A stretch of DNA of 64,000 nucleotides. Origin: Octopus sinensis (lineage: Eukaryota). Under the pieces are notes generated by a model. That model searched no databases, was not told where the DNA came from, and saw only the letters and a list, made by a program, of their open reading frames with translations. The DNA lies in contig NC_042997.1 in NCBI RefSeq assembly GCF_006345805.1, positions 209,002,001 to 209,066,000 of the forward strand, read 5' to 3'. The translations under genes and the position numbers were made by a program. This document shows, piece after piece, positions 50,412 through 63,978 of the stretch (its first letter is position 1; every line of letters starts with the position of its first letter).

Positions 50412-52282
50412 CTTCTTTCGGTTTCTGTCCATCAAATTCTCTTCCAAGGCATTGTGTCGTCCCATGGCTGCCCAAGGGACATTCGGTAGGATTGAACATG
50501 AAAGCATGAGGTTAGGAAGCAAGCCTCCCACCCACATTCCCATGTTTACTTTGAGTGTGATGGACTTTTCGCAACCCAATTCTTTGATTGGAAACACTTA
50601 GCAAGATATTGCACTGTGGAACTCAGCCTGGACTGGCATGGTTGGAGTTGGAGCTTCTTAACTGCACAGTCACCCCTAGCCCCACATCCATCCATCCATC
50701 ATACATACTTACAGTTGAGATACGCTAATGCCAGCCTGATTGCACCTCTGACATGTGGTATATCCAGCCTTGCTGACATGCCATACTGTATCCTCTACTG
50801 CAACATGAACTGTAACACTCATACAGTATAGGTGAATGTGTTGTGAGTTAGGGATTAGTGACATAGTTGTTTAGTATGGAACTTAGGAAGTGTGGTGTGG
50901 CTTGATTCTGTGCTTGTTGATTAACTCAGGTCAGCTTTGATGAGACACAGGTGTTGTGTGGGTTTATGAAAGAGAGTAACACCTTTACAGTATTTGTATA
51001 CAAGAGAGAGAGAGCTGCTTCTGTAATGTGTGGCTTTTGAGATAGCTCTTTGCCGTGTGTATGGGTGGCAGAAAGAGGGGTAAATGATCAGTAATACAGA
51101 AGGTGGAGGAGGGGGGTCTCTGTGCTGTATATCTGTGAGCGGGGCCTTGAAATTAGTCCTCTGTTTGTAATTAAATTGTGTATTTATAAGATTGATTAAT
51201 AAAAACACACGGCAAACATAGCCACCAGGCTGTTTTTTAGTATCCTAATTGGTTGGAAGCCTTTAGCGATGCCATTGTGGAATTTTGTATTATTAACAAA
51301 ATAGAATAAAAATTACATTGTTAAAGATGGATTAATTTTATTCCTACCAAAATATATTGAAGAAAATCTGTATCTGTAGAATAGGGGCTTAAGTCAAAAA
51401 TTGACATCTTAGAAATGGGACTGTTTCTCTCAGATCTTCCTTCACAAACTATTAATCCCTTCTGTCCCCAAATTTCTGTTGAAATTAAATTTAATAAAAT
51501 TAAGGCCTTAATTTTATTAAATTTTGATAAAGACAAAGAATTTAGTATAACTTTGTCTGGTGTTTAGAACATAAATGAATATGAAATCTTGGAGGAAAGT
51601 TTTAATGCAGATCTCTTTGACCCTTCTGTTACCTTATTTCTGGTGAAGTACACTGGATTTGTTTCACTTAATATCGAAAATAATGAAGAATGTTGTAAAA
51701 TAACTGTCTTTATTGAAATTGGTGTTTAGAATACAAATTAACATGAAATCTTGAATATTTTAAATAGAAAAGCTATTAGTTCTAAATCTCTGAACAAGAA
51801 GCAGGCAGCAACAGTACAATAGAGTTTATTTGCCAACATAAAGTGGCAGTCCTGATTAGGATCAGTGTTGCTGTTATTTACTTAAAAATGTGAAGTTTAT
51901 ATCATAGAACCAGGAGCAATTTTGGATGGGTTGCTATGAAAAGGGTTAAGAAGTTTGTATGTTGGGGACCAGAGGTGCAGTTCAAATGTGTATCATTCTG
52001 TAAAACAAACTCCTATTTAACCCTTTTGTTATGAAGGAGCAGCTTCGGGTGGCTTGGTCCCAAAAGGATTAAATTTGTTTTGAGCATTTCTAGTGCAGGG
52101 AACAAATTAGTCTCTGTGAAACTGGAAATTTTAATGCATCCTATCAGTTTATATTTTTTATGACACCATCCCCAGTAACCCAATAACTGGTTCCAACTTC
52201 TAACTCCTCAGCCTTCTCTGTGTGTGCGTGTGTGTGTGTTATCCTTAAGTCTGTAATATTTGTCTGATATTTCTGTTCAGTA

Positions 52283-53095
52283 AGGCAGCAAGATGGCAGA
52301 AACGTTAGCACGCCAGGCAAAATGCTTAACAGTATTTCATCTGTCTTTACATTTCGAGTTCGAATTCTACAGAGGTCGACTTTGCTTTTCATCCTTTTCT
52401 GGTCGATAAATTAAGTACCAGTTGCATACTGGAGTCAATCTAATTGACTGGCCCCCTCCCCCAAAATTTCGGGCCTTGTGCCTAGAGGATAAAAAAAATA
52501 TTTCTAGAGTCATAAGGTGGTGAGCTGGCCGAATCATTAGCACGCCAGGCAAAATGCTTAGCAGTATTTTGTGTGCCGCTACGTTCTGAGTTCAAATTCT
52601 GCCGAGGTCGACTTTGCCTTTCAACCTTTCGGGGTTGATTAAATAAGTACCAGTTACGCACTGGGGTCGATATAATCAACTTAATTCATTTGTCTGTCCT
52701 TGTTTGTCCTCTCTGTGTTTAGCCCCTTGTGGGTAGTAAAGAAATAGGTATTTAATCTGTCTGTACATTCTGTGTTCAAATTACGCCAAGGTCGACTTTG
52801 CCTTTCATCCTTTCGGGGTTGATTAAATAAGTACCAGTTACGCACTGGGGTCGATATAATCAACTTAATTCATTTGTCTGTCCTTGTTTGTCCTCTCTGT
52901 GTTTAGCCCCTTGTGGGTAGTAAAGAAATAGGTATTTAATCTGTCTGTACATTCTGTGTTCAAATTACGCCAAGGTCGACTTTGCCTTTCATCCTTTCGG
53001 GGTCGATAAATTAAGTACCAGTTGTGTACTGGAGTCAGTCTAATCGACTGGCCTCCTCCCCAAAAATTTCGGGTCTTATGCCTAGAGTAGAAAAG
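52283..53095 (+). mobile_element. SINE family B cluster including a 184-bp tandem unit
   Basis: ggtcgactttg recurs at 52606, 52790 and 52974. Confidence 0.88.
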
Positions 53096-53509
53096 GATAT
53101 TTCTGTTCAGTATGTGTAGTATCCTGTGTCTGGTATTTCTGTGCCATGTGTGTGTGCTGTGTCTCTATAGATCTTATTATATATGCTGAAGTAATATTAG
53201 AAAAAAACTGGCTTGGAGTAGTAGATACTTGACCTACATTTAACATGGGGTGGATGAAGATAGTACAACTAACTAGTATGGGTGGGGAGGGGGGCTGAGG
53301 TTGCAAGACATGTTTAATAGGTTTATAATGCCACTGCTGCTGCTGATGATGATGATTAACATGGTAATGTCATTTGTTATTTGATTCTCCTTGTACATGT
53401 TAGATTCTCCATCAAGCTTTTCTCTTGAGGACAACCTTTTACTCTGTTAATTTTCATGTTTCTTTTTATTTCTTTAATCCCAAAACTTCTAGTTTTGAGG
53501 TTTCTAAAC

Positions 53510-53613
<104 letters not shown>

Positions 53614-53866
53614 CTGTAGCTTGTTTCATTCTAAAAGCAGCAGCAGGGGCACCTCCTCCTCTCTTGCTTTTCCAATGTCCATGACTTTTCTCTTACTACC
53701 GCTTACACCCCTCTGCCACCTTTGGAAGTGTCTGTAGGGCTACCATTCTCCCCAATGGTTATCTCCAATACAGCACCACTCACACCTTTCTTTGCAGATG
53801 TGTCAGTCTATCTAGTTTTATCAACATGACCTGTCCTCTTGGAAATAACCCCAGTTCCAATATCCA

Positions 53867-53917
<51 letters not shown>

Positions 53918-53942
53918 CACTATTTTTGAAAGTTTCTATAGT

Positions 53943-54300
53943 GCAGGAGTGGCTGTATGGTAAGTAGCTTGCTTACCAACCTCATGGTTCCGGGTTCAGT
54001 CCCACTGCGTGGCACCTTGGGCAAGTGTTTTCTACTATAGCCTCGGGCCAACCAATGCCTTGTGAGTGGATTTGGTAGCCGGAAACTGAAAGAAGCACGT
54101 TATGTATATGTGTATTTGTGTGTCTGTTTTTCCCCCCACCATTGCTTGACAACCGATGTTGGTGTGTTTATGTCCCTGTAACTTATCAGTTCAGCAAAAG
54201 ATACCGATAGAATAAGTACTAGGCTGAGGTTGATTTGCTCGACTAAAGGTGGTGCTCCAGCATGGCTGCAGTCAAATGACTGAAACAATAGAATAAAAGA
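53943..54300 (+). mobile_element. SINE family A
   Basis: Near full-length copy. Confidence 0.88.
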
Positions 54301-54571
54301 ATACACACACACACATACATGTATATGTCTGTGTGTCTCTCTGTCTGGGCTTGTCTCCCACTACCGCTTGTGTACATGTCCCCGTAACTGAGCAGTTCAG
54401 CAAAAGAGATGAATAGAATAAGTACCAGGGTCGATTCATTCGACTAAAAATTCTTCAAGGCATTGCCCCAGCATGGCCACAGTCTAATGACTGAAACAAG
54501 TAAAAGATTAAACATTCTGCCACCCCTGCTACTTTAATGCTGGATGTCTCTCCACTCATGTGTGCGTGTGT

Positions 54572-54606
<35 letters not shown>

Positions 54607-55216
54607 CACATATATATAAAACATAGCACAGACATGTGAGAGTTCCAATTGTCAGAATGCAAGCAATTAGTATGACTACCAGTCGTTATGTCAATATTAT
54701 CATCTCTCTACATATAAAGTTTGGTTTTGTACTTAATATATTGTAATAAAGTCTTTTACTGCTACACCCCCCCCCCTTTCTTACTTACTTCCCCTACCAC
54801 CACCACCCCTGCAATAAGCCACCATCTAACAACAATATATATATACACCCAGTTCTATAGACCCTGACCTTCCTCTAACAAACACAACCAATCAATAATC
54901 GTATTCACACACATCTCACTGACTCACTTTATTTCTGAGGTTACTACTCTTCCTTCTTTTTTTCTTTTTTCTTTCTTCTTTTTATGTATTCCAAGCAATT
55001 TCTCCAGCCACAGACTGTGTGAAATTTACTTTCTCATACCATTATCACCACCATCATCATCATCATCGTTATTAATAGCAGTGTGCGTTCTTCTTTAATG
55101 CCAAAGTAATATATGTCTGTGTGTGTGTGTTTAGCAAGAATGAGTTTAACCTGCAGTGGTCAGTGGCACATATTTGAACAACAACAACAACAACAAGTAT
55201 ATCAAATACCATACAA

Positions 55217-56407
55217 CAGTGGTTCGCAACTGGGGGTCCATGTAAGATTCTGTTGTCAAAATTTATGAGCAGGCATGGCTGTGTGGTAAGAAGCTTTCTC
55301 CCCAACCACATGGTCCCGGGTTCAGTCCCACTGCATGGCACCTTGGGCAAGTGTCTTCTGCTATACTCTTAGGCCGACTAAAGCCTTGTGAGTGAACTTG
55401 GTAGACGGAAACTGAAAGAAGCTCGTCATGTAAAAGCACTCACTACACTCTCGGAGTGGTTGGCATTAGGAAGGGCATCCAGCAGTAGAAACTCTGCCAG
55501 ATCAAGATTGGAGCCTGGTGGAGCCATCTGGTTCACCAGTCCTCAGTCAAACTGTCCAACCCATGCCAGCATGGAAAGCAGACGTTAAACGATGATGATG
55601 ATGATATATGCATGTTTGTGTGTCCGTGTTTGTACCCTCACCATCGCTTGACAACCAATGTTGGTGTGTTTACCCCACCCCCATAACTTAGCAGTTCGGC
55701 AAAAGAGGTCAATCAAATAAGTACTGGGCTTACAAAGGATAAGTTCTGGGGTCAATTTCTTCGACTAACACCCTTTAAGGTGGTGCTCCAGCATGGCCAC
55801 AGTCAAATGACTGAAACAAGTAAAATAATGAAATAAAATAAAAGAATAAATTGCTTCTACTCCTTCAATACACCAAACATTAAAATTTTTTTAATGCAGT
55901 TTCTAATAATATTTAATTATGAAGATATAGGCACAGGAGTGGCTGTGTGGTAAGTAGCTTGCTAACCAGCCACATGGTTCTGGGTTCAGTCCCACTGCGT
56001 GGCATCTTGGGCAAGTGTCTTCTGCTATAGCCCTGGGCCAACCAATGCCTTGTGAGTGGATTTGGTAGACGGAAACTGAAAGAAGCCTGTCGTATATATG
56101 TATATATATGTGTGCCTGTGTTTGTCCCTCTAGCATCGCTTGACAACCGATGCTGGTGTGTTTACGTTGCCGTCACTTAGCGGTTCGGCAAAAGCGACCA
56201 ATAGAATAAGTACTGGGCTTACAAAGAATAAGTCCTGGGGTCGATTTGCTTGACTAAAGGCGGTGCTCCAGCATGGCTGCAGTCAAATGACTGAAACAAG
56301 TAAAAGAGTATATAATAGAACTTTTAAAAATTAGAATAGCTGTGGGAGTCTATCTGAGTAAAACGGCTGAAAGGGGTCCATCAGTACCAAATGGTTGAGA
56401 AAGACTG
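55217..56407. mobile_element. Possible hAT-type MITE split by nested SINEs
   Basis: CAGTGGTTCGCAAC...GGTTGAGAAAGACTG termini. The TSD is unconvincing. Confidence 0.35.
55930..56310 (+). mobile_element. SINE family A
   Basis: Full-length copy. Further copies at about 16083-16325, 28165-28313, 42345-42686, 57000-57365 and 60825-61172. Confidence 0.9.
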
Positions 56408-57170
56408 ATACCAAATAAATTTTTGATTTATTAAAATTATCTGCTCCTCTTAGAAGATGTGTCACAATTACCAAATGGTAACTGTGACCAGATCCATAGG
56501 AGAAGGAGAGATCATCTGAAGATTCAAAGATTGTTGACGTGAAATTGAGGGGGAAAAAAGGTCAGGCTCATTGTTGTGGACATGCGTTTCTGCCTCAGTA
56601 GCAGTCATCAACACAACAATTGTGCTCAACTACTTCCAGCAGCCAAGGGACATAGACATTTATACAAAAAGAGTCAAGCACATTTATGGCCCCAGTATTT
56701 AGCCTAAATCAACCCTTAAATAAGCTCAGAGTAGCCACCCGAGTCTTCCCTCTGTTGAAACTCCTGGCTTCTACATTTTAAAAATGTGAGAGAATCAACA
56801 GATGGCAGCCTCAGCTTCAAATAAGATAAGCACTATCACCTTTATTGAGTACTACTATTCCTGTTTCTCATGTGAAATGTTTACTTTCATATTTTGTCTT
56901 CTACCTGTTTCAGTCATTAGACTGTGGCCACGCTGGGGCACTGTCTTGAAGAATTTTAGTTGAATGGCTTGATCCTAGTACTTATTTACAAACAGGTGTG
57001 GCAGGCATAGTTGTGACTGTGTGTTAAGAAGATTGCTTCCCAACCACATGGTTCCAGGTTCAGCTCCACTGCATGGCACCTTGGTCAAGTGTCTTCTACT
57101 ATGGCCTCATGCCAACCAAAGCCTTGCGACTGAATTTGGTAGGTGGAAACTGAAAGAAATCCATCGTGTG

Positions 57171-57216
<46 letters not shown>

Positions 57217-59199
57217 TGTGTGTGTGTGTATATACATATATGTGTATGTATGTGTGTGTGTATTTGTGTCTCTGTGTTTGTCTTCCCTCCTCCCGGTCAT
57301 TGCTTGACAACCGAGGTTAGTGTGGCTGCAGTCTAATGACTGAAACAAGTAAAAGCTAAAAGATGAACATATACAGTTTACTTGAGACACAGGAGCAGTA
57401 GTACTCAATAAAGGTGATAGTGTTTTAGCTAGGTACTTATTTTGTTGGTTCCTTTTGTCAAACCGCTAAGTTACAGGGACTTAAACACAACACCACCAGT
57501 TGTCAAGCAGTGGTGAGAGACAGAGAAACACAGGTGCCATGCAGTGGGGTTGAACCTGGAACCACACGGTTGGGAAGCAAACTTCTTATCGCACAACCTC
57601 ACCTGTTGCATATTATAGATATTTGCCTCATAAGGCTGAAAGTACAAAAAAGAAACCCTGGCTCCCATTTCCTTCATCGATCTCCCTCCCCATCAATCTC
57701 ATATTATTGGGCACTGACTGTTTCAAGTCGCAAACAAGTTTTCGAGAGGAAAACATTCCAACATTATTGATCAATTGATTGATTGCCTTTTGATAGCTTC
57801 TGGCATATTGGTTTTCATCTGTTGTTTTTGCACACACACTGTGCACAGATACACATAAATGTGTTCTTGATACACACCTCCACACACACACATCCACACA
57901 CACACACACACACACATGTTGTTGTTTGGGCTTGGTCATCTGATTAACCAAATTTACATTACCTGAAAATAGTTTGAATGGATTTAGTTGGAGCACATCG
58001 ATTAGGGTCACCTTGGGATTAAGCAATGATACAAACCCCAATATTCTGTTGCTGAGTCATAAATCTCTTATCTTTTACTCATTTCAGTTATTAGACTGTG
58101 GTCATACTGGGGCACCTCCTTGAAAAGTTTTAGTCGAACAAAGTACTTTTTTACCAAACCACTAACTTACATAAAAACACCAACAGCAATTGGCAAGCAA
58201 TGCTGGGGAACAAACACAAAAGCACACACAAACACGCTCATCACCATTATTTAATCTCCATTTTCCATGCTGGCATGGATTGGCCAGTTTGACAGGAGCT
58301 GACCAGCCAGAAATCTGCACCAGGTTCCAACCGTCTGTTTCAGCATGGTTTCTACAGCTGGATGCCCTTCCTAATGCCAACCACTTTACAGAGTGGACTG
58401 GGTGCTTTTTATGTGGCACCAGCACCAGTGCTTTACACATGGCACTAGCACCCACAAACTCGCAAGGCTAGGACCTCTCAAACGATAGGGGGACATAAAT
58501 AGCCCTTTTACTATCACCAAATGCTTGATACAACTAAAGGGAGCTAAGAACCTCGTATCTGTGCTCACTTGCCAGCCTGAGTAATTTGAAGGATTCAGGA
58601 TACAGGTTCTCAATAGATTGTGAGTGGTATATTCAAAGCGACACAGCATGATTTGGTAGCATGTATCATACTTTCTCTAATTGTAAATGTAAACACTTTT
58701 TTTGCCATCCCACTTTTTCCACCAGGTGGAACATCAAGTTGGAGGTATAGAGTACTGTACTCACAATTGGCTGGTACTCATTTCAACTGAGTCTGCTGGA
58801 ACAGTATGAAATGATGTTTCTTGCTTGAGGACACAATGCACTGCCCGGGCCAGGAATCGAACCCACAACCTTATAATCACAAGCTCAACACCATCACTAT
58901 TTGGCCATGTGCCTTGTGTATGTTTGTATCTGTCTGTGTGTCTGTTTGATGCTTATTGGGGTGGTGGGGTGGAATGTGAACATCAGGGAGAAAGTTTTTA
59001 AAAAACCAGTTTTCAAATGAAGTCTCTTATGATATTTGTTCTGTGCTAAGTTGCACCCACTCCCTTGTTACTTGTGAGAAATGCAGTGAACTGATGATTA
59101 GTCTGTTAAGGATCTTTTACAAGCAATGATTGCAATATAAAAGGAATGAATGAAGCATACTTATATGTGTGTGCGTGGATAGATAGATATGTAGATAGA

Positions 59200-59390
59200 T
59201 AGGGAGAGTTTACGAAAAAAACAAAAGACAAAGGCAGGTGGTGTACAAAACAAAGATGTATTAATATAACGCTCAGGAATAGAAAGTCTTTTACGTTTCG
59301 AGCCTATGCTCTTCTACAGAAAGGGACACAGAAAAAAACAAGGAGAGAAAAAACAATGTGTGTAGTGGCTAACGATTTATCATGGCAACT
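59200..59390 (-). mobile_element. Penelope-type pseudo-LTR fragment with a hammerhead-like core at 59288-59323
   Basis: cttt-CTGTAGA-agagc atag gctc-GAAA-CGTA-aaag. Related to the element at 44 kb. Confidence 0.5.
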
Positions 59391-59496
59391 GATATTTAGA
59401 TAGATAGATATGTACTTCTAATATAGGATAAAAAATTTTTTTTAAATTTCATCAAGTGGCCAGTATATTAAAATACCTTTTAAGGTGAAAATTATT

Positions 59497-59713
59497 AACA
59501 ATTATAAATAAGGGCAAAAGAAAAAAATTTCTATGCCAATACGCTGAGAAATAGACTTTAAATCGTCAATCACCACATACAGTACACATCTCTATAAATA
59601 ACGATGTATATTTATAGTAATGTATATTTTAATGTGGTGATTGACGTTTTAAAGTCTATTTCTCAGCATATTGGCATAGAAATTTTTTTCTTTTGCCCTT
59701 ATTTATAATTGTT
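59497..59713. repeat. Inverted repeat with about 83-bp arms
   Basis: aacaattataaataagggcaaaag...tcaccacat / atgtggtga...cttttgcccttatttataattgtt. Confidence 0.9.
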
Positions 59714-60094
59714 TAGATAGATATGTAGGTAGACAGATACACACACTCACATATATATATACATATATAATTGACACTGTTCTTGGTTATTTCAGTTAAC
59801 TGCAGGTTGTGTATATCTGTTGGTGCCTGTTGCTTAGGTATTTTTGGATTGTGATTAATGTAACGAGTTGTGCTGCTCAATGATTTATCATATATGTGAC
59901 TAATTTATTGATTATCATCAGCGATGTCCTACCTAGCATTTGTCGGGTTTATTTTGTTTGTGCCTGCTTATATTCCATGAAATCCTCCCCCTTCCTTATT
60001 AGAAGGAAAAAAAAACTATATTTCACTTCACATCTGTTAATTATTAGTAATCCTCACTAATTAGTCATAGAGCATGATTGGCGATTTATATTAA

Positions 60095-60311
60095 CCCTTT
60101 CGTTGCTGTATTTATTTTGAGATGCTCTGTGTTTCTCTCAATTATTTTAGATATGACAAAGAATTTAGCAAAATAATTTAGTTATCATTAAGCTAGTGTT
60201 AGGAACATAAATCGTGACGTTTGGTGGAAGATTTTAATTCAAAACTTATGAAAACAAGACATTTGTACTACAGAACCAGAGGCGGTTTCAGCAGTGTTTC
60301 TAATGAAAGGG
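60095..60311. mobile_element. TTAA-flanked (piggyBac-type) MITE
   Basis: TTAA|CCCTTTCGTT...AATGAAAGGG|TTAA. Decayed relatives lie near 47580, 49105, 51455-51950 and 61170. Confidence 0.75.
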
Positions 60312-62420
60312 TTAAAGGAACCATGTCTTCCTTTAGGGACCCCACACAATCAGTAAAACTCTTCAACAGCTCAGTGCTCCTGCTGAGATAGCTAACCACC
60401 TTGTGGCATAAACTTTCCTCTCAGTTATGTGTGGTTCCAGGATTCAGTCCCACTGCCACCAATATTCAGCTGATGGAAAGGGCAGAGAAATTGCCTCATA
60501 GGTTGTACCTATTCACAATTGCAAGACTTAACTCATTTCTCTAGTTGATACCACCACTTGGCCCTCGCTTGCCCTTAATGGAGTCCACTCTGTTGCAAAG
60601 ATTTTTGACAAGATTTTCAGTCTGAGGTTGAGTTGTGTCGTTATTTTTCCATAGTTCCATCCGGGCGATTGTGGGGGTTCTACCCTTCTTCCTCTGACTA
60701 TCACGTAACACCTTAATCCTTCGATTACTCTATTTTGGTTAAAATTTATGGACTTTGTTTCAGCAAACTTTGAAAATATTGAATTTAGTAAAATAACTTT
60801 GTGGTGGGCATGGCTGTGTGGTAAGAAGTTTCCAGTCACATGGTTCCAGGTTCAGTTCCACTATGTGGCATTTGGGGCAAGTAGCTCCTACAATAGCCTC
60901 AGGCCAACCAAATCCCTCTGAGTGGATTTCGTAGACAGAAACTGAAAGAAGCCTGTCGTATATAAATGCATGTCCTTGTGTCTATGTTTGTCCCCAATCA
61001 TCACTTGACAACCAGTGTTAGTGTGTTTACATCCCTGTAACTTAGTGGTGCAGCAAAAGAGACTAATAGTATAAGTACCAGGATTTAGAAAAAAAGAGTT
61101 TGGCTAAAATTCTTCAAGACAGTGCTCCAGCATGGCCGCAGTTTAGTGACTGAAACAACTAAAAGACAAAGATTGTTAAAGCTGATGTTTGGGAAATGAA
61201 TGAAATTTTGATGGGAGAAGATTTTAATTTCAATCAACTTAAAATGGCATTTAGTGCCGTAGAACCAAGGGTTGGTCTCAAACAGGTTGATATTCTTTTC
61301 CACTCTAGGCACAAGGCCCGAAAATTTTGGAGAGTGGTGGGTGGGGCAGTCAATTAGAGTGACATGCAACTGGTACTTAATTTATCAACCCCGAAAGGAT
61401 GAAAGGCAAAGTCAACCTCGGCGGAATTTGAACTCAGAACATGAAGACAAACAACGAAATACCACTAAGCATTTCACCCAGTGTGCTAACGTTTCTGCCA
61501 GCTGACCACCTTTGCTGGTTGAAATGCTTTTAGTCTTTTGAAACCTCAACCTTTTTTAAGTCACTGTAATCTTTTGATTGAGTTTACCATTGTCATTCTT
61601 ATAGTCATTCTGCTGGAACTGGTACACAGTTGCAACTAGCAAGCCATGCTACTCCATACTAATGACGAGCAAGACTCAGAAACTAGTCCCTGGATGCAGG
61701 CCTAGCTGTTGGGGGTGCTCTTGTCTCCCCCTTGTAAACATAAGGACACAGGAAATGTGTCAAAGCCAACAGGAAGCGTTGATGCTTCCTAGGGCTAAAC
61801 AGCGGTAGTATGATTCCCTTCATGGGACTGTCACGTTAAGTTGACAGTATACAACTGCTTTATGGTACACAGTATTGTTTTGTTACTCCCTTTTTGAGTT
61901 GATCCTTGCATAGGACATAATTCCCACATTTGTTAACCCTCCTTCTCCTGTCCCGTAGATACAGTCAACCCAGTGCTTCATTAGGGCCCAAAACACACAC
62001 CTTGCCATGGCATTATTTTGAACTTATTGTCTGCACTTTGCAACACACTCATCTGATGAGCTTCCACTTATTTCCCACCTTCCAAATTTCATATCCACAC
62101 CTCTGAAAGCAGACACCTACCAGTGAGATTGAACCAGCAACTGATGGCTGTTGAATAAACTTTCTTCTTGACAAGAAACAGCCATGACTGAGCTCATTTA
62201 TTATAACAGATCTGGTTTGAATGTCAACAGGAGGATTAGTTATATTGTTGCTGGTGGCTGTTGTAGATGTTTAGTAGGTCAGTGACTTAGTACTGTTAAC
62301 TTAGTAGAATAAATGAACCAGTTGTCAGTTTTGTGCAGGAGAGCAAGAGGTAGAGGCCCACCTCTAAACTACCAATTGCATCATTGTTTCCCAACCCTTT
62401 TAATCTTAATATAGAATCCA

Positions 62421-62646
62421 GTGGCGAGCTGGCAGAAACATTAGCACGCCGGGCGAAATGCTTAGCAGTATTTCGTCTGCCGTTATGTTCTGAGTTCAAA
62501 TTCCAAGGTCGGCTTTGCCTTTCATCCTTTCGGGGTCGATAAATTAAGTACCAGTTACACATTGGGGTCGATGTAATCGACTTAATCAGTTTGTCTGTCC
62601 TTGTTTGTTCCCTCTATGTTTGGCCCCTTGTGGGCAATTAAGAAAT
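62421..62646 (+). mobile_element. SINE family B
   Basis: 15-bp TSD aatcttaatatagaa / aatcttgatatagaa. Confidence 0.9.
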
Positions 62647-63770
62647 AATCTTGATATAGAACCCTTAAGATATAGTCCATGTCTTGTGGAACTTTCACAT
62701 AATTAGATCTTTTCTTGCTGTCTCATAAAAATAAACCAAGACCTTTTAAAGTGTCTTTAAAAGGTTTTGCTGTGCTAATAAAAATAACTGCCACTCCACT
62801 GGTAATAACAACGAATGTTCCAGTTGATCCGGAGAGCAGAACAATCTGCTCGTGAAATTAACATACAAGTGGCTGAGTATTCCACCCTTAACGTAGTTCT
62901 TGGGGGGATTCAGTGTGATAAGGCTGGCCCCTTTGAAATACAGATCAGGAGTGGTCTTAGATGGGTTGATATCATGAGGGTTAAACAAGACCTTATTGAC
63001 CAAATTTCCTTACAATTCCATTTCATCATCATCATCATCATTTAGCGTCCAAAGGCTACACCAGACTCCAGTTTGATTTGGCATGGTTTTTTTGTGCCAC
63101 CAGCATGGGTGCCATTTGCATGACACTGGTATCTGTCACGACTAATTTTGCTCAGCTTGATGGGTCTTCTTCTCAAGCAAAACATAATGCCAAAGGCCTT
63201 AGTCATTGCATCCATGAGGCCCAACACTAGAAAGAAGCTCAGCCACTTTGCCTCCATTTAGATATAACAGCCTGCACTATGAATATTCTGACAGTGGGTT
63301 TGGTTTGTGTTCAGGGCCAGTCTCGCTCCCTCGTCCTTCAAACTTGTATTGGTCAACTGCAGCAAGTGCTACAAAAGCTCAATAGCTGTCTGGATTCGGG
63401 ATTTGCATGGAGTGCCCTTCTCTTAGATGAGCAGCTTAAGAGCCTCATCTCTCTTGAGTCCTTTGAGGAGTCTGTGAGTGACCTTCTTCTGGAGGCAGTT
63501 CCATGAAATGCTAATTAGCTGAGACCTTAATAGGTCTGAGCAGACCCAGGAACAGAAGTGGCCAAGGGATGGTTCCACACTCCTCAAACCCTGAAACTCT
63601 ACCCAGGACAGGCATTTGCATATAATTAGTTTATATGTATAGTACTATGTCTTGTGGCACATTAAGCAGCCTCTCTCAGATTTTTAGGGCTTAGGTGAAG
63701 CCCCAGTTGGGAGACATTGATCTACCCCAAAGATGCATTTCAACCCTGATGATGACTACACAGTTATACC

Positions 63771-63978
63771 TATTTCTTTACTACCCACAAGGGGCCAAAC
63801 ACAGAGAGGACAACCAAGGACAGACAAGCTGATTAAGTCGATTACATCAACCCCAGTGTGTAACTGGTACTTAATTTATTGACCTCGACGGAATTTGAAC
63901 TCAGATCGTAACGCGGTAGACGAAATACCGCCAAGCATTTCACCCAGCCTGCTAACGTTTCTGCCAGCTCACCGCCTT
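63771..63978 (-). mobile_element. SINE family B
   Basis: 15-bp TSD ctacacagttatacc / ctacacagttaaacc. Other copies at about 11237-11378, 11768-11995, 13388-13598, 26951-27160 and 61293-61510. Confidence 0.9.

Noticed and set aside
56560-56605. TGTGGACATGCGTTTCTGC, which would read CGH-RFC with one base removed, as a possible TRAF exon 2
   Set aside because: It needs a frameshift, has no acceptor at the right spacing and no further RING cysteines, and the direct frame stops after CGHAFLPQ.
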